Assembly (NCBI GenBank): GCA_038231435.1
Contig: JBBRLJ010000002.1
Location: 145,896-209,895 of the forward strand
Direction of reading: 5' to 3'
Origin: Planctomycetota bacterium
GTDB taxonomy: Bacteria > Planctomycetota > UBA11346
DNA length: 64,000 nt
A program made the translations under genes and the position numbers. Positions 39,109 to 51,016 of the stretch are shown in pieces. Numbering within the stretch: position 1 is the first letter of the stretch; each line of letters begins with the position of its first letter. The notes under the pieces are model-generated. The model searched no databases and had not been told where the DNA came from. It worked only from the letters and a program-made list of their open reading frames with translations.

Positions 39109-40143
39109 TCAGGTCGATGCCGCGGCGGCCATGCTCCGAGCCGCATCGCGGTGTCCGGTGAACGCGCGCTGGGCCTCGCCGCTCCGCATCGCCTCTTCCG
39201 CCTCGCGCAGTGACGAGCCATCGCCCAGAATCGGCAGACCACGCCAGAGATCGAGGGCGACCGCCGCGTTCGCCGCCACCATCGCACGCAGCGCGGGCGG
39301 GCCGCCGCCAGCGATGAGCGCGCGGAATGTTTCAGCGTTGTCCGCTGCGTCACCCGCGGGGATGTCGGCGTACGCGCTCGGGTCACTTGCGCGCCAGCCG
39401 CCTTCGACGACGCCTTTCGCGTCCACTTCCAACCAGCGTGTCGCGCCAGATACCGAGACCTCGTCGATGCCGGGCTCGCCCCACACCACCAGCGCGCGCT
39501 CGACCGCCAGGATCTGCAGCGCCATCGCGACTACGCGCGCCGTCGGCCATGATGACACGCCGATGATCTGACGCACCGGGCGGCAGGGATTGGCGAGCGG
39601 ACCAGCGAGATTGAAGATGGTGCGCCGCCCCGCGGCCTTGCGATACGGGGCGACCGCCGCGACCGCCGGATGCATGGCGCGCGCGAACAGGAAGCAGCAG
39701 CGCGTGCGATCGAGCAGCGACACGTGCGCGTCAGGCGCGAGCAGGAACGGCACGCCCAGCGCATCGAGCAGATCGAAGCTGCCATTGGGGCGCAGCGAAC
39801 CCCGGTTGCCGTGCTTGGCCACGCGTACGCCCACTCCGGCGAGCACGAAGGCGGCGGTGGTCGAGACGTTGAAGCGCGCGAGGCCGCTGCCGCCGGTTCC
39901 GCACAGGTCGAGACATGCGCCTGGATCCGGGAACACCGTCGCGCGCTCGAGCAGCCCGCGCACGAACGCCGCGACCTCGGCCCCGGTCTCGCCCCGCGCC
40001 GCGAGCGCGGCGAGCAACGCGCCGCCGTCCTCGACCGGCAACGTCGCTCCCATCAGCAGATCGAGGAGCCCACGCGCCTCGACCTCGGACATGCCAGCTG
40101 GCTTGGCGACCAGATCCCGCGCCCGCGACAGTGTAAGCGGCAT
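39109..40143 (-). CDS. trpD: Anthranilate phosphoribosyltransferase
   Basis: DLCGTGGSG, FNVST, KHGNR, RTIFNLAGPLANP and GIDEVS. Confidence 0.93.
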   Translation of the reverse strand: MPLTLSRARDLVAKPAGMSEVEARGLLDLLMGATLPVEDGGALLAALAARGETGAEVAAFVRGLLERATVFPDPGACLDLCGTGGSGLARFNVSTTAAFVLAGVGVRVAKHGNRGSLRPNGSFDLLDALGVPFLLAPDAHVSLLDRTRCCFLFARAMHPAVAAVAPYRKAAGRRTIFNLAGPLANPCRPVRQIIGVSSWPTARVVAMALQILAVERALVVWGEPGIDEVSVSGATRWLEVDAKGVVEGGWRASDPSAYADIPAGDAADNAETFRALIAGGGPPALRAMVAANAAVALDLWRGLPILGDGSSLREAEEAMRSGEAQRAFTGHRDAARSMAAAAST

Positions 40144-40247
40144 GCCGCGAGAGTTCGCCGCCGGAGCCGAATGCAATCACCGGAGGCGACCCATCCCTGC
40201 GAAGCGGCGCAGCCAGCTCGCCTAGTAAAGCCTTTCCCTCTGCTTTC

Positions 40248-40320
40248 TGGGGGGCAGGCCGGCGTGAGGCCCCGGTCGGTAGGGGCAGGCCGATGCTGGG
40301 GGGCCGTAGCCCCCCAGCTA
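40248..40320. repeat. Family B hairpin element, copy 1
   Basis: GGGGGGCAG…CGATGCTGGGGG…CCGTAGCCCCCCAGC. Confidence 0.75.
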
Positions 40321-41148
40321 AGAGCGCCTGAACACCGCCGGAGACCGTCCCGTCCCGCGCTTCACCTGCCGCGCCAACGTGTGGGCCGAGGGGAAGCCGC
40401 TCTGTTCCGCCACCGCTGCGATCGGCAGCGCGGTATCGCGCAGGAGCTGCAGGGCGCGGGTCAGGCGAGCCTCGGTCAGCCACGCGGCCGGTGAACGCCC
40501 GACGCGCTGGTGGAACGCGCGCGCCAGGTGTTCGCGGCTCACCCCGTGGCTGCGCGCGACCTGCTTGAGGGTGCGGATCGCGATGGGGTTGGCCATGATG
40601 TCGGCAATGGCGGTTTCGACTGGATTGCGGTGACGCGCCACGCGCGCCTCGAGTCCGCTGAAGAGCTCCATCATGAACGCCTGGCAGCCGATCGCGCGTG
40701 CCAATGACGACGCACCGGCGCGCGGACCGACCAGATCGATCAGGCGATTGAGCGCCGAACGCAGCGGTCGCTCGTCGCCGAGCTCGATCAGCGATCCGTA
40801 GCGCTCCTGCAGCAAGCTCCAATGCTGGTCCACTCCGGCGCCGATCAGCGACACCCACTCGCAACGGTACGGCTCGGTGTCGTGCGATGGCGGCCGACCA
40901 TACGAGGTCGGCTCGCCATGCTTGAACAGCAGCATCGAGCCCACGCTCAGCGGCCGTTCGCCCTGCCTATCGCGATAGACCACGTGGCCGGACACCGTGT
41001 ACTGGCAGTACACCACACCTAACGGCCGCCTGACCTTGTTCTCGTACCAGTACGGCGTACCGGGCGGAACCAGCTGACGTCCGTAGCCGAGCACCTGCCA
41101 CAGCACCGGCGCGTTCGATGCGGCCGTTGTCTCGCTCGCGCGGTTCAT
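40318..41148 (-). CDS. AraC-family transcriptional regulator
   Basis: AraC-type N-terminal domain; SREHLARAF…G.SP HTH1 and HTH2. Confidence 0.9.
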   Translation of the reverse strand: MNRASETTAASNAPVLWQVLGYGRQLVPPGTPYWYENKVRRPLGVVYCQYTVSGHVVYRDRQGERPLSVGSMLLFKHGEPTSYGRPPSHDTEPYRCEWVSLIGAGVDQHWSLLQERYGSLIELGDERPLRSALNRLIDLVGPRAGASSLARAIGCQAFMMELFSGLEARVARHRNPVETAIADIMANPIAIRTLKQVARSHGVSREHLARAFHQRVGRSPAAWLTEARLTRALQLLRDTALPIAAVAEQSGFPSAHTLARQVKRGTGRSPAVFRRS

Positions 41149-41191
41149 GTCACGAAATGTACATCCGCCACGGGTACCAGCAAGCCGGCCG

Positions 41192-41434
41192 CTAGTCGCG
41201 CTCGAACGTCTGCGTCGCCTGCTCAGCCTTCACCGCCTTCACCCGTTCCTCGCGCATCAGCTGCTCGATCTCGGGTCGGCAAGTCTGGCAGCCGAAGCAC
41301 ACGCCGGTGCGGCGCCGCAGCTCGTCGAAGCTCGCGCAGGCGCGCTCATGGCCTTGGCCGCGCAGCGCGGCGAGCACCTCGGCGCGCATCACGCCGGTGC
41401 AGTAGCAGCGCACGAACGGATCCGGGGGAGGCAC
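41192..41434 (-). CDS. BFD-like [2Fe-2S]-binding protein
   Basis: CYC…CFGCQTC (CxC…CxxC) with BFD-like spacing. Confidence 0.8.
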   Translation of the reverse strand: MPPPDPFVRCYCTGVMRAEVLAALRGQGHERACASFDELRRRTGVCFGCQTCRPEIEQLMREERVKAVKAEQATQTFERD

Positions 41435-41478
41435 GTCTCAGTATACCCTGCGCACGAGGCCTTTGCGGACCCGCGGCG

Positions 41479-42234
41479 CTACTTGCCGCTCGGCAGGTTG
41501 TTGCCCGGCATGGAGAAGGTGTCGGCAGCGATCGGGCGGTCGTACTCCGCTCCGTCGATCCGCACCAGGATGCGCGTGCCCGAGGGTTGGACGAGCTCGA
41601 TCGCCGAGGCGTGGCACGCGGCGTCGAGACGGATCTCGACCTTGGTCAGATCGTGGGCGACGTCGGCATTGGTTGGTGTGAGCGTGACGGTCGAGCCATC
41701 GGCGGGTTTGGGCGCAACCGCGGCCATCACACTGAAATCGGCCTTCAGCTGGGTGAAGTCGCCGCGCACGCACGCGAGCACGCGGCGCAGCTCGACATCC
41801 GCGTCTCCGACCGCGCGGACGTGTGTATCGGGTTCCAGCTCGGACGAGATCTGCTCGATCTCGGCGATGGAGGCGCCATCCGAGCAGGTGCGCTTGCGGT
41901 ACTCGGGCTCGTCGGGCTTGGTCTCGACGAGGTTGTACTTGTCGGGCACGGCGATCGCGAACTTGCCCTTGGTGACCACGGGGTCGTCCTGCATGCCCGG
42001 GTTGAAGGTGTGCTTCACGAAGGTGCCCTGCATGGTCTTCATCGCTCGCGCCACCGCGGCGATGCGTTCGAGCAGAGCCGCGTCGCCGCTCGCATCGAGC
42101 GGGTGCGTCGCTTCCACGACCGTTGCTGGAGGCATGGCAGGGGCTTCGGAACCGCCAGCCTCGGCTCCAGCGGCAAGCGCCGAACCGATGCCGGCCGAGA
42201 TCGTCAAACTGATGGCGAGGAAGCGCTTGCGCAT
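41479..42234 (-). CDS. LolA-like outer-membrane lipoprotein carrier
   Basis: Signal peptide and the TMQGTF…GKFAIAVPDKY…SDG…F LolA-like pattern. Confidence 0.7.
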   Translation of the reverse strand: MRKRFLAISLTISAGIGSALAAGAEAGGSEAPAMPPATVVEATHPLDASGDAALLERIAAVARAMKTMQGTFVKHTFNPGMQDDPVVTKGKFAIAVPDKYNLVETKPDEPEYRKRTCSDGASIAEIEQISSELEPDTHVRAVGDADVELRRVLACVRGDFTQLKADFSVMAAVAPKPADGSTVTLTPTNADVAHDLTKVEIRLDAACHASAIELVQPSGTRILVRIDGAEYDRPIAADTFSMPGNNLPSGK

Positions 42235-42342
42235 GGAACGATGCCCTCGCTGCCGACCTTGAACAGGGGTGGCGGGAGGTGATACTCCATGGGTCCCGCC
42301 CAGGCGCAAACGGCGTCGCGAGGGATGGCTCACGGAGGGTGA

Positions 42343-42927
42343 ATGGCGCATGTCCTGGTGGTGCTCGCACCCGGTGCCGAGGAGATCGAGACCATGACGG
42401 TCGCCGACGTCCTCGTGCGCGCCGGGCAGCAGGTGACCATCGCCAGCGCCGGCGACGCGCGGGTGGTGATGGGCAGCCGCGGCCTGCCGTTGGCGGCGCA
42501 CGTGATGCTCGACGAGGCGCTGGCCCCGGGCGCCGACGGGAAAGCCCCCGCCTACGACGTCGTCTACCTTCCAGGCGGCAACGGCTCGGCAGCGGTGTGC
42601 CGTTCGGATCCGCGCATCCAAGATCTCGCCGCCGCGCAGCTCGCTTCTGGCAAGCGTCTGGCGATCATCTGCGCCAGCGTCACTGCGCTGGTTCCGCGCA
42701 AGCTCGGCGCCGGCCGCACGGTCACCTCGTATCCGGGAGTGCGCAAGGATGTCGAGCCGCACGTCGCCTCCTGGCTCGATCAGCCGGTGGTGGTCGATCG
42801 CAATCTCATCACCAGCCAGGGTCCGGGCACCGCCATCCCGCTCGGCCTGACCCTCGCCCGCCAACTCGCCGGCGAAAGCACCGCCGCATCCGTCGCCGCC
42901 GCCATGCTCACCAGCATGCCCCCATGA
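42343..42927 (+). CDS. DJ-1/YajL/PfpI family protein
   Basis: GAEEIE, YLPGG, nucleophile IICAS, TSYP and ITSQGPGT. Confidence 0.92.
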   Translation: MAHVLVVLAPGAEEIETMTVADVLVRAGQQVTIASAGDARVVMGSRGLPLAAHVMLDEALAPGADGKAPAYDVVYLPGGNGSAAVCRSDPRIQDLAAAQLASGKRLAIICASVTALVPRKLGAGRTVTSYPGVRKDVEPHVASWLDQPVVVDRNLITSQGPGTAIPLGLTLARQLAGESTAASVAAAMLTSMPP

Positions 42928-42941
42928 TCAGAGGTCGTCCC

Positions 42942-43787
42942 ATGCGCATCCTGTCCTCCCTCGCCATCACCGCGGCGCTCACGCTCGCCAACGCCAGCGT
43001 CGAGCTCCATGCGGCGCAGGCCGAGAAGCCATCCGCCGCCGTCGAAGCATTCAACAAGGCCATGACGTCCGACGACGCCACCGCCAAGCGCGCTGCGGTG
43101 AAGGACCTCGCGTCCAAGAGCGCGGGCACCGACGAGCAGGTGTTGCCGCTGCTGGTGGCCGCGGTCGCCGATCGCCAGACCAACGAGGCCGCCATCGCCG
43201 CCTTGCGCTCGCGCACCGGCCTGCACCCCGCCGCGCGCACCGGCCAGAGCCACTACCCCTCGTATCCCTCGGGCGATTCGGCTGGTGACTGGTCGACCTG
43301 GCTCAGCGAGCGCACGCGCGAGAAGGAACAGGAAGCCAAGGTGAAGGAGGCCGAGAAGACCGCCGCCGAAGCAAAGAAGACCGCCGACAAGGCCAAGAAG
43401 GACGCCGACGCCAAGGACAAAGGCAAGGGCGACGGCGACGACAAGGGGGACTCCAAGGGGGACAAGTCCGCCAAGGGAGCAAAGGGCGACAAGACCGATG
43501 CGAAGGGCGACAAGACCGGCGCCGACGCGACGGCCGACGCCGCGCCCGCGGACGGCACCGACGTGGTGGTGAAGCCGAAGCGCGAGCCGGGGCCGCCGCC
43601 CGAGGATCTCGGCAAGCTCGATCGCATCATCTTCAAGAACGGCAGCAACCTGCTCTGCTACATCCTCACCCGCCGCACCGACGCTGACGGCAACCTGCTG
43701 AGCGTGCGCATCGTCCATCCCGATGGTTCCGGCGAGGAGACGCTCGCCGCCGCGATGATCGCGCGCATCGAGGAAGACGTGAAGTGA
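42942..43787 (+). CDS. Secreted hypothetical protein with KGD-rich linker
   Basis: Signal peptide, helical N-domain, repeated KGD/DK and a small C-terminal beta domain. Confidence 0.75.
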   Translation: MRILSSLAITAALTLANASVELHAAQAEKPSAAVEAFNKAMTSDDATAKRAAVKDLASKSAGTDEQVLPLLVAAVADRQTNEAAIAALRSRTGLHPAARTGQSHYPSYPSGDSAGDWSTWLSERTREKEQEAKVKEAEKTAAEAKKTADKAKKDADAKDKGKGDGDDKGDSKGDKSAKGAKGDKTDAKGDKTGADATADAAPADGTDVVVKPKREPGPPPEDLGKLDRIIFKNGSNLLCYILTRRTDADGNLLSVRIVHPDGSGEETLAAAMIARIEEDVK

Positions 43788-43857
43788 TGGCGACGGTGGG
43801 TCGAGCCCCGCCCGTCACCCACGCCTCCATCTGCGACTCTATCGGCAAACAACCGCC

Positions 43858-44319
43858 ATGCGCCTCCTCTACCCCGGCAGCTTCGATCCCCTGCACCTCG
43901 GCCACCTCGACCTGATCCGTCGGGGAGCCGCGCTCGCCGACGAGCTGGTGGTCGCGGTGGGCGTGAATCCCGACAAACGGCCGCTGTTGCCGGCCGAACG
44001 GCGCGTCTCGCTCCTGCGCGAGGAGACCACGACACTGCGCGGCGTGACGGTCGCCTCCTACGATGGCGCGACGATCGCCTACGCGCGCACGATCGGCGCG
44101 CATGCGCTCTTGCGCGGCGTGCGCAATACCGGCGACCTCGAACTCGAGGAGACCATGGCCGCCATCCACCGCGCCAATGGCATGGAGACGATCTTCCTGA
44201 TGACCGACGGCGCGCTCGCGCACGTCAGCGGCCGCGCGGTACGGCTCGCGCTCTCCGCCGGACTACCGCTCGACGGCATGGTGCCGCGCGCGGTCGCGCT
44301 GGCGCTGCAGCATCATTAG
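43858..44319 (+). CDS. coaD: Phosphopantetheine adenylyltransferase
   Basis: YPGSFDPLHLGH, NPDK and LRGVR motifs. Confidence 0.93.
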   Translation: MRLLYPGSFDPLHLGHLDLIRRGAALADELVVAVGVNPDKRPLLPAERRVSLLREETTTLRGVTVASYDGATIAYARTIGAHALLRGVRNTGDLELEETMAAIHRANGMETIFLMTDGALAHVSGRAVRLALSAGLPLDGMVPRAVALALQHH

Positions 44320-44663
44320 CAGGGGCTACGCCCCTACGGCCTGCGGCCTACCCCACGGGCTTTGTCGGGGCTCGATGTCGCCGGGGGCCGGCGACATCGT
44401 CGGCGGATGGGCTGCGCCCATTCTATCCGCCGACCGCCCCTCGGCGCCCGGTCGCTTCGCTCCGGGTTACAGCGCGGCCGGAGCCGCCTCGGCCGCCGAA
44501 TCCTGATGTGCGTGGACAATGGGCGAAGCCCATCACGCAAACTTTTGGCTCGCAGGGACGAAACGAAGGACGACAAAGGCCGTGGGGGACCGGGGGCGAA
44601 GCCACCGCACAGAAATCCTACCCCACGGGCTTTGTCGGGGCTGGGCGCCCGGTCGCTTCGCTC
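44320..44663 (+). repeat. Family A element, copy 3 (full composite with inverted right end) plus an internally deleted partial copy
   Basis: Left end as in copies 1-2; right end CGACAAAGGCCGTGGGGGACCGGGGGCGAAGCC; partial re-start CCTACCCCACGGGCTTTGTCGGGGCT at about 44617. Confidence 0.85.
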
Positions 44664-44745
44664 CATGCGTAGGTCATCAACGGGGCTCGGCGGGGCGGGG
44701 TAAGAGATACATGAGCTCGGTGGATCGCGCGGATATGCATGAGGA

Positions 44746-45735
44746 ATGCCAGCCCAGCGCCATGCGCCGGAGCCCGCGGTGAGCTGGGCGAGCGCCGCGC
44801 GCTTCTACCACCAGCTCGGCATGGTCCACCACGTCGGCATCTCGCTGGCGCAGGCGGTGGAGATGTCGGGAGGGGCGACTTTCGGAAGGCACCGCGAGCT
44901 GGCGCCGATCTGGTCGCGCGGCTGCGCGGCCGGAGGCCAGCTCGCCGACCAGCTCGAAGCCAGCGGCGAGCCGGCGCTGGCGGTGGCGCTGATGCGCGCT
45001 GGGGAGCACAGCGGCAGGGTCACTGAAGGCGCGCGCATGCTCGCCGAGCACTTCGATCATCTGATCGCGCTGCGCGGCATGATCATCGCCCGTTCGATCT
45101 ATCCGCTGCTGGTCATCAACCTGGGCCTGATGGTTCCAGCGATTCCCGGCGCGTTCCTGGGTACGACACCTGCCTGGAAGATCCTCCTCGGGCCGGCGAT
45201 CCTGTGGGCTGTCATCGGCGCGGCGGCGGTGAGCACCCGGCTGGCCGGAGCTTCCGGTCTCCTGGCGCGTATCGCGCTGCTGCCGGGCGGTAGGTTCCTG
45301 GCCATGCCGATGCTGGTGAGCAACGTCTGTCGCGTGCTGCGCGCCGCGCTCTCGGCGGGCATGCTCGTCCCCCAGGCGCTCGATCTTGCCGCCGGCGGCA
45401 GTGGCAACCGCGACATGGCGGAGCGCCTACGCGCCGCGGCGAGCGACGTCCGCTCGGGGCGGGTGCCGGATCTCACCGCCGCGCTCAACGCCTGCGGCTT
45501 CCCCCGCGACGCCGTGAACATGATCGAGAATGGCGAGCGTTCCGGGAAGCTCGAGGACGTGCTGACCCATGTCGCGGTGGTGTACGACGAATCGTTCCGC
45601 TCGCGCACCATGTGGACGGCGAAGGTCATCACCGGCGTGGTGTACGGCTTGGCGATGCTGCTGACCGCCGCGGTCGTGCTCAGCATGTATGGCGGCGTCT
45701 TGAACCAGGCCAGTGCACAGATGGAATCGGAGTGA
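44746..45735 (+). CDS. Type II secretion/type IV pilus inner-membrane platform protein (GspF/PilC family)
   Basis: Two T2SSF repeats (GEHSGR…YP and GERSGKL). The start is uncertain. Confidence 0.85.
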   Translation: MPAQRHAPEPAVSWASAARFYHQLGMVHHVGISLAQAVEMSGGATFGRHRELAPIWSRGCAAGGQLADQLEASGEPALAVALMRAGEHSGRVTEGARMLAEHFDHLIALRGMIIARSIYPLLVINLGLMVPAIPGAFLGTTPAWKILLGPAILWAVIGAAAVSTRLAGASGLLARIALLPGGRFLAMPMLVSNVCRVLRAALSAGMLVPQALDLAAGGSGNRDMAERLRAAASDVRSGRVPDLTAALNACGFPRDAVNMIENGERSGKLEDVLTHVAVVYDESFRSRTMWTAKVITGVVYGLAMLLTAAVVLSMYGGVLNQASAQMESE

Positions 45736-45822
45736 CGCACATCAGCGTGCGTCCGGCGCGCTGGACATTCCCGATGCCACGGCAATCCGACCCGCTACCC
45801 TAGGGCGAGGGTTGCGCGAGCG

Positions 45823-48732
<2,910 letters not shown>

Positions 48733-48908
48733 CTGACGGCTAGGGCAACGCCCGCAGCCTGCGCGTGCCATAAGGGCATCCAAGATCGCTACGCCCCTGC
48801 CCTGTTAGCGCTCGATTTCGGGTGATTACATGTCATTCGATGCTGGAGTTGAGGCGCTCGAGCCGCGCCTCCGGCGCCAGCTCTCACACCCCATTTTCCC
48901 ATGCTTCC

Positions 48909-49003
48909 TGGGGGGCAGCGCGGAGCGCGACGTTGGGGGATCGCGAAGCGATCTCACATGCCCTTTGGGGCATGTGTCGGCCGGAGGCCGTAGCCCCCCA
49001 ACT
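48909..49003. repeat. Family B hairpin element, copy 2 (with internal hairpin insert)
   Basis: GGGGGGCAGCGCGGAGCGCGACGTTGGGGG…CCGTAGCCCCCCAAC. Confidence 0.75.
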
Positions 49004-49008
49004 GACAG

Positions 49009-49746
49009 TCAGCGGTTCTCGTAGCGCGCGTTGGGCGATTCGAGGATCGCGCGTTCGCGCTCGTTCAGGTCTGGCCACTTGGCGGCGTCATAGAAATGCG
49101 ATGCCCAGGCCAGTGGATGCGGGGCGTACTTGAAGAACACCGTGCGGCGCTCGTGCGCGGCCGTCCACGGCAGCGCACTATGGGTCAGGGCTTCGGTGAA
49201 CATCACCGCGGTGCCGGCCGGACCGGTGACCGCGCGCACGCAGTCGCGGCGCTGGGTGAGGTCGCGCCACGCCGGCGGAAACGGGTAGTTCGCCTTGTGG
49301 CTGCCGGGCACGCAGCCGAATCCGCCATCCCCCGGGCCGACATCGCGCAGGTTGATCGCCACCACTACCAGGCCGTTGTGCATCCGCCCATCGCGGAAAT
49401 GGAAATACGAGTCCGCCGAATACGGCGTCGCCCCGCCATGGAGCGAGGCCCCGATCGGGCTCACCCCAGCGCGGATGACGTCGGCGTAGACGTGGTCGAG
49501 GCGGTATTTCGCGCCAAGCATCGCCTCGAGATACGGCCTGATGCGCGCGTGATCGATGAGATCGCGGTACGGGCGTCCCCAATCGAGCATGCCGCCTAAG
49601 CGCTGCGTCAGGGTCTCGGGCTTCATCTGGGCGGCGATGCGCTCGCTGAAGAGCGCGTCGAGCGCCGCGATCTCGCCGGCATCGAGGAGCCCCGGCACCG
49701 CGAGGTAGCCATCGAGATCGAAGCGGTAGAGTTCGTCGGAGTTCAT
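49009..49746 (-). CDS. PhyH-family Fe(II)/2OG-dependent enzyme with HxG motif
   Basis: FDLDGYL, LHGG, GGF..VPGSHK, EALTH and RRT…Y. Confidence 0.85.
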   Translation of the reverse strand: MNSDELYRFDLDGYLAVPGLLDAGEIAALDALFSERIAAQMKPETLTQRLGGMLDWGRPYRDLIDHARIRPYLEAMLGAKYRLDHVYADVIRAGVSPIGASLHGGATPYSADSYFHFRDGRMHNGLVVVAINLRDVGPGDGGFGCVPGSHKANYPFPPAWRDLTQRRDCVRAVTGPAGTAVMFTEALTHSALPWTAAHERRTVFFKYAPHPLAWASHFYDAAKWPDLNERERAILESPNARYENR

Positions 49747-49783
49747 GGGTCCATCCCTGGACGCACGGCGTGGCCGGGAATCC

Positions 49784-50914
49784 TCACGCCGATGCGGCGG
49801 TGGCAGGCGTCGCGGCGGTTCGGGTCGGCGTGCCGTCGATCCAACCGCCGCCCAGGCAGAGATCGTCGCGGTCGTCGTAGGCAACGCAGGCTTGGCCCGC
49901 GTTCGCGCGCAGCTGAGGCTCGTGGAAACGCACGACGGCGGAGCCCGCCACTACACCACCGGCATGGATCGTGGCAGGCAGGAGCTTGCCGTGATGGCGC
50001 AGGCGCACCTGGCAGGCGAGCCCCGCAGCTGGTGGCTCGCCGAGATGCCAGGTGCACTCGCGCAGCGGCAGTTCGTCCACCAGCAGCGACGCGCGCCGTC
50101 CGACCACCAGCGCGTTTGCGCCACGGTCGATGCGCGTGACGAATAGCGGCTCGCTCCACGCGATGCCAAGGCCCTTGCGTTGGCCGACGGTATACGCGCC
50201 GAGACCCTGGTGCTCGCCGAGCACCCCGCCGTCCTCGTGCACGATCGGGCCGGGCCGGAATGCCTCGGGGATCTCGCGGCGCAGGAAGCCGCCGATGCCC
50301 TCGTCGCCGATGAAGCAGATGTCCATGCTCTCGCGCTTGTCGGCGGTGACGATGCCGCGCGCGCGCGACTGCTCGCGCACCTGCTCCTTGGTGAAGGCGC
50401 CCACCGGGAATTCGGCGTGGGCGAGCTGCTCCTGGGTGAGGCTGAACAGGAAGTAGGTCTGGTCCTTCACGGTGTCCACCGCGCGGCGAAGTACCCAGCG
50501 GTCGAAGGCGCGCTCGACGCGCGCGTAGTGCCCGGTCGCGACGCGCTCGGCGCCGAGGCGGCGCGCATGCTCCCACAACGAGCCGAACTTGATGGTCTCG
50601 TTGCAGCGCACACAGGGATTGGGCGTCTCGCCCGAAGCGTAGCCGGCGAGGAAATCCTCGACCACCGAACGGCGGAACTCGTCCTCGAGATCGATCACGT
50701 AATGCTTGAGCCCGGCCGCGACCGCCACCGCGCGTGCGTCGATGGTCTCGGTGGGCGAGCAGCAGGCGTCCTCGCGCGTGAAGCCGCCGTCGTCCTCGGC
50801 GCACGGCCACAGCTTCATGGTGACGCCCACCACCTCGTGGCCGGCCTCCTGCAGCAACGCCGCCGAGAGGCTGCTGTCCACCCCGCCGCTCATGCCGACC
50901 ACGATCCGCGCCAT
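49784..50914 (-). CDS. mnmA: tRNA-specific 2-thiouridylase
   Basis: MSGGVDSS, TPNPCVRCN, ATGHY, KDQTYFL, ESMDICF and TVGQRKG. Confidence 0.96.
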   Translation of the reverse strand: MARIVVGMSGGVDSSLSAALLQEAGHEVVGVTMKLWPCAEDDGGFTREDACCSPTETIDARAVAVAAGLKHYVIDLEDEFRRSVVEDFLAGYASGETPNPCVRCNETIKFGSLWEHARRLGAERVATGHYARVERAFDRWVLRRAVDTVKDQTYFLFSLTQEQLAHAEFPVGAFTKEQVREQSRARGIVTADKRESMDICFIGDEGIGGFLRREIPEAFRPGPIVHEDGGVLGEHQGLGAYTVGQRKGLGIAWSEPLFVTRIDRGANALVVGRRASLLVDELPLRECTWHLGEPPAAGLACQVRLRHHGKLLPATIHAGGVVAGSAVVRFHEPQLRANAGQACVAYDDRDDLCLGGGWIDGTPTRTAATPATAASA

Positions 50915-51016
50915 GGCGGAATCGTGTCGTGAGCGCGGCGCGGACAAGCGGGGGCACGCTCGACCGGGGCTTGCGCTACGGCCAACGGCTATCGGGGGCT
51001 GACTCCCCTGGGACGA

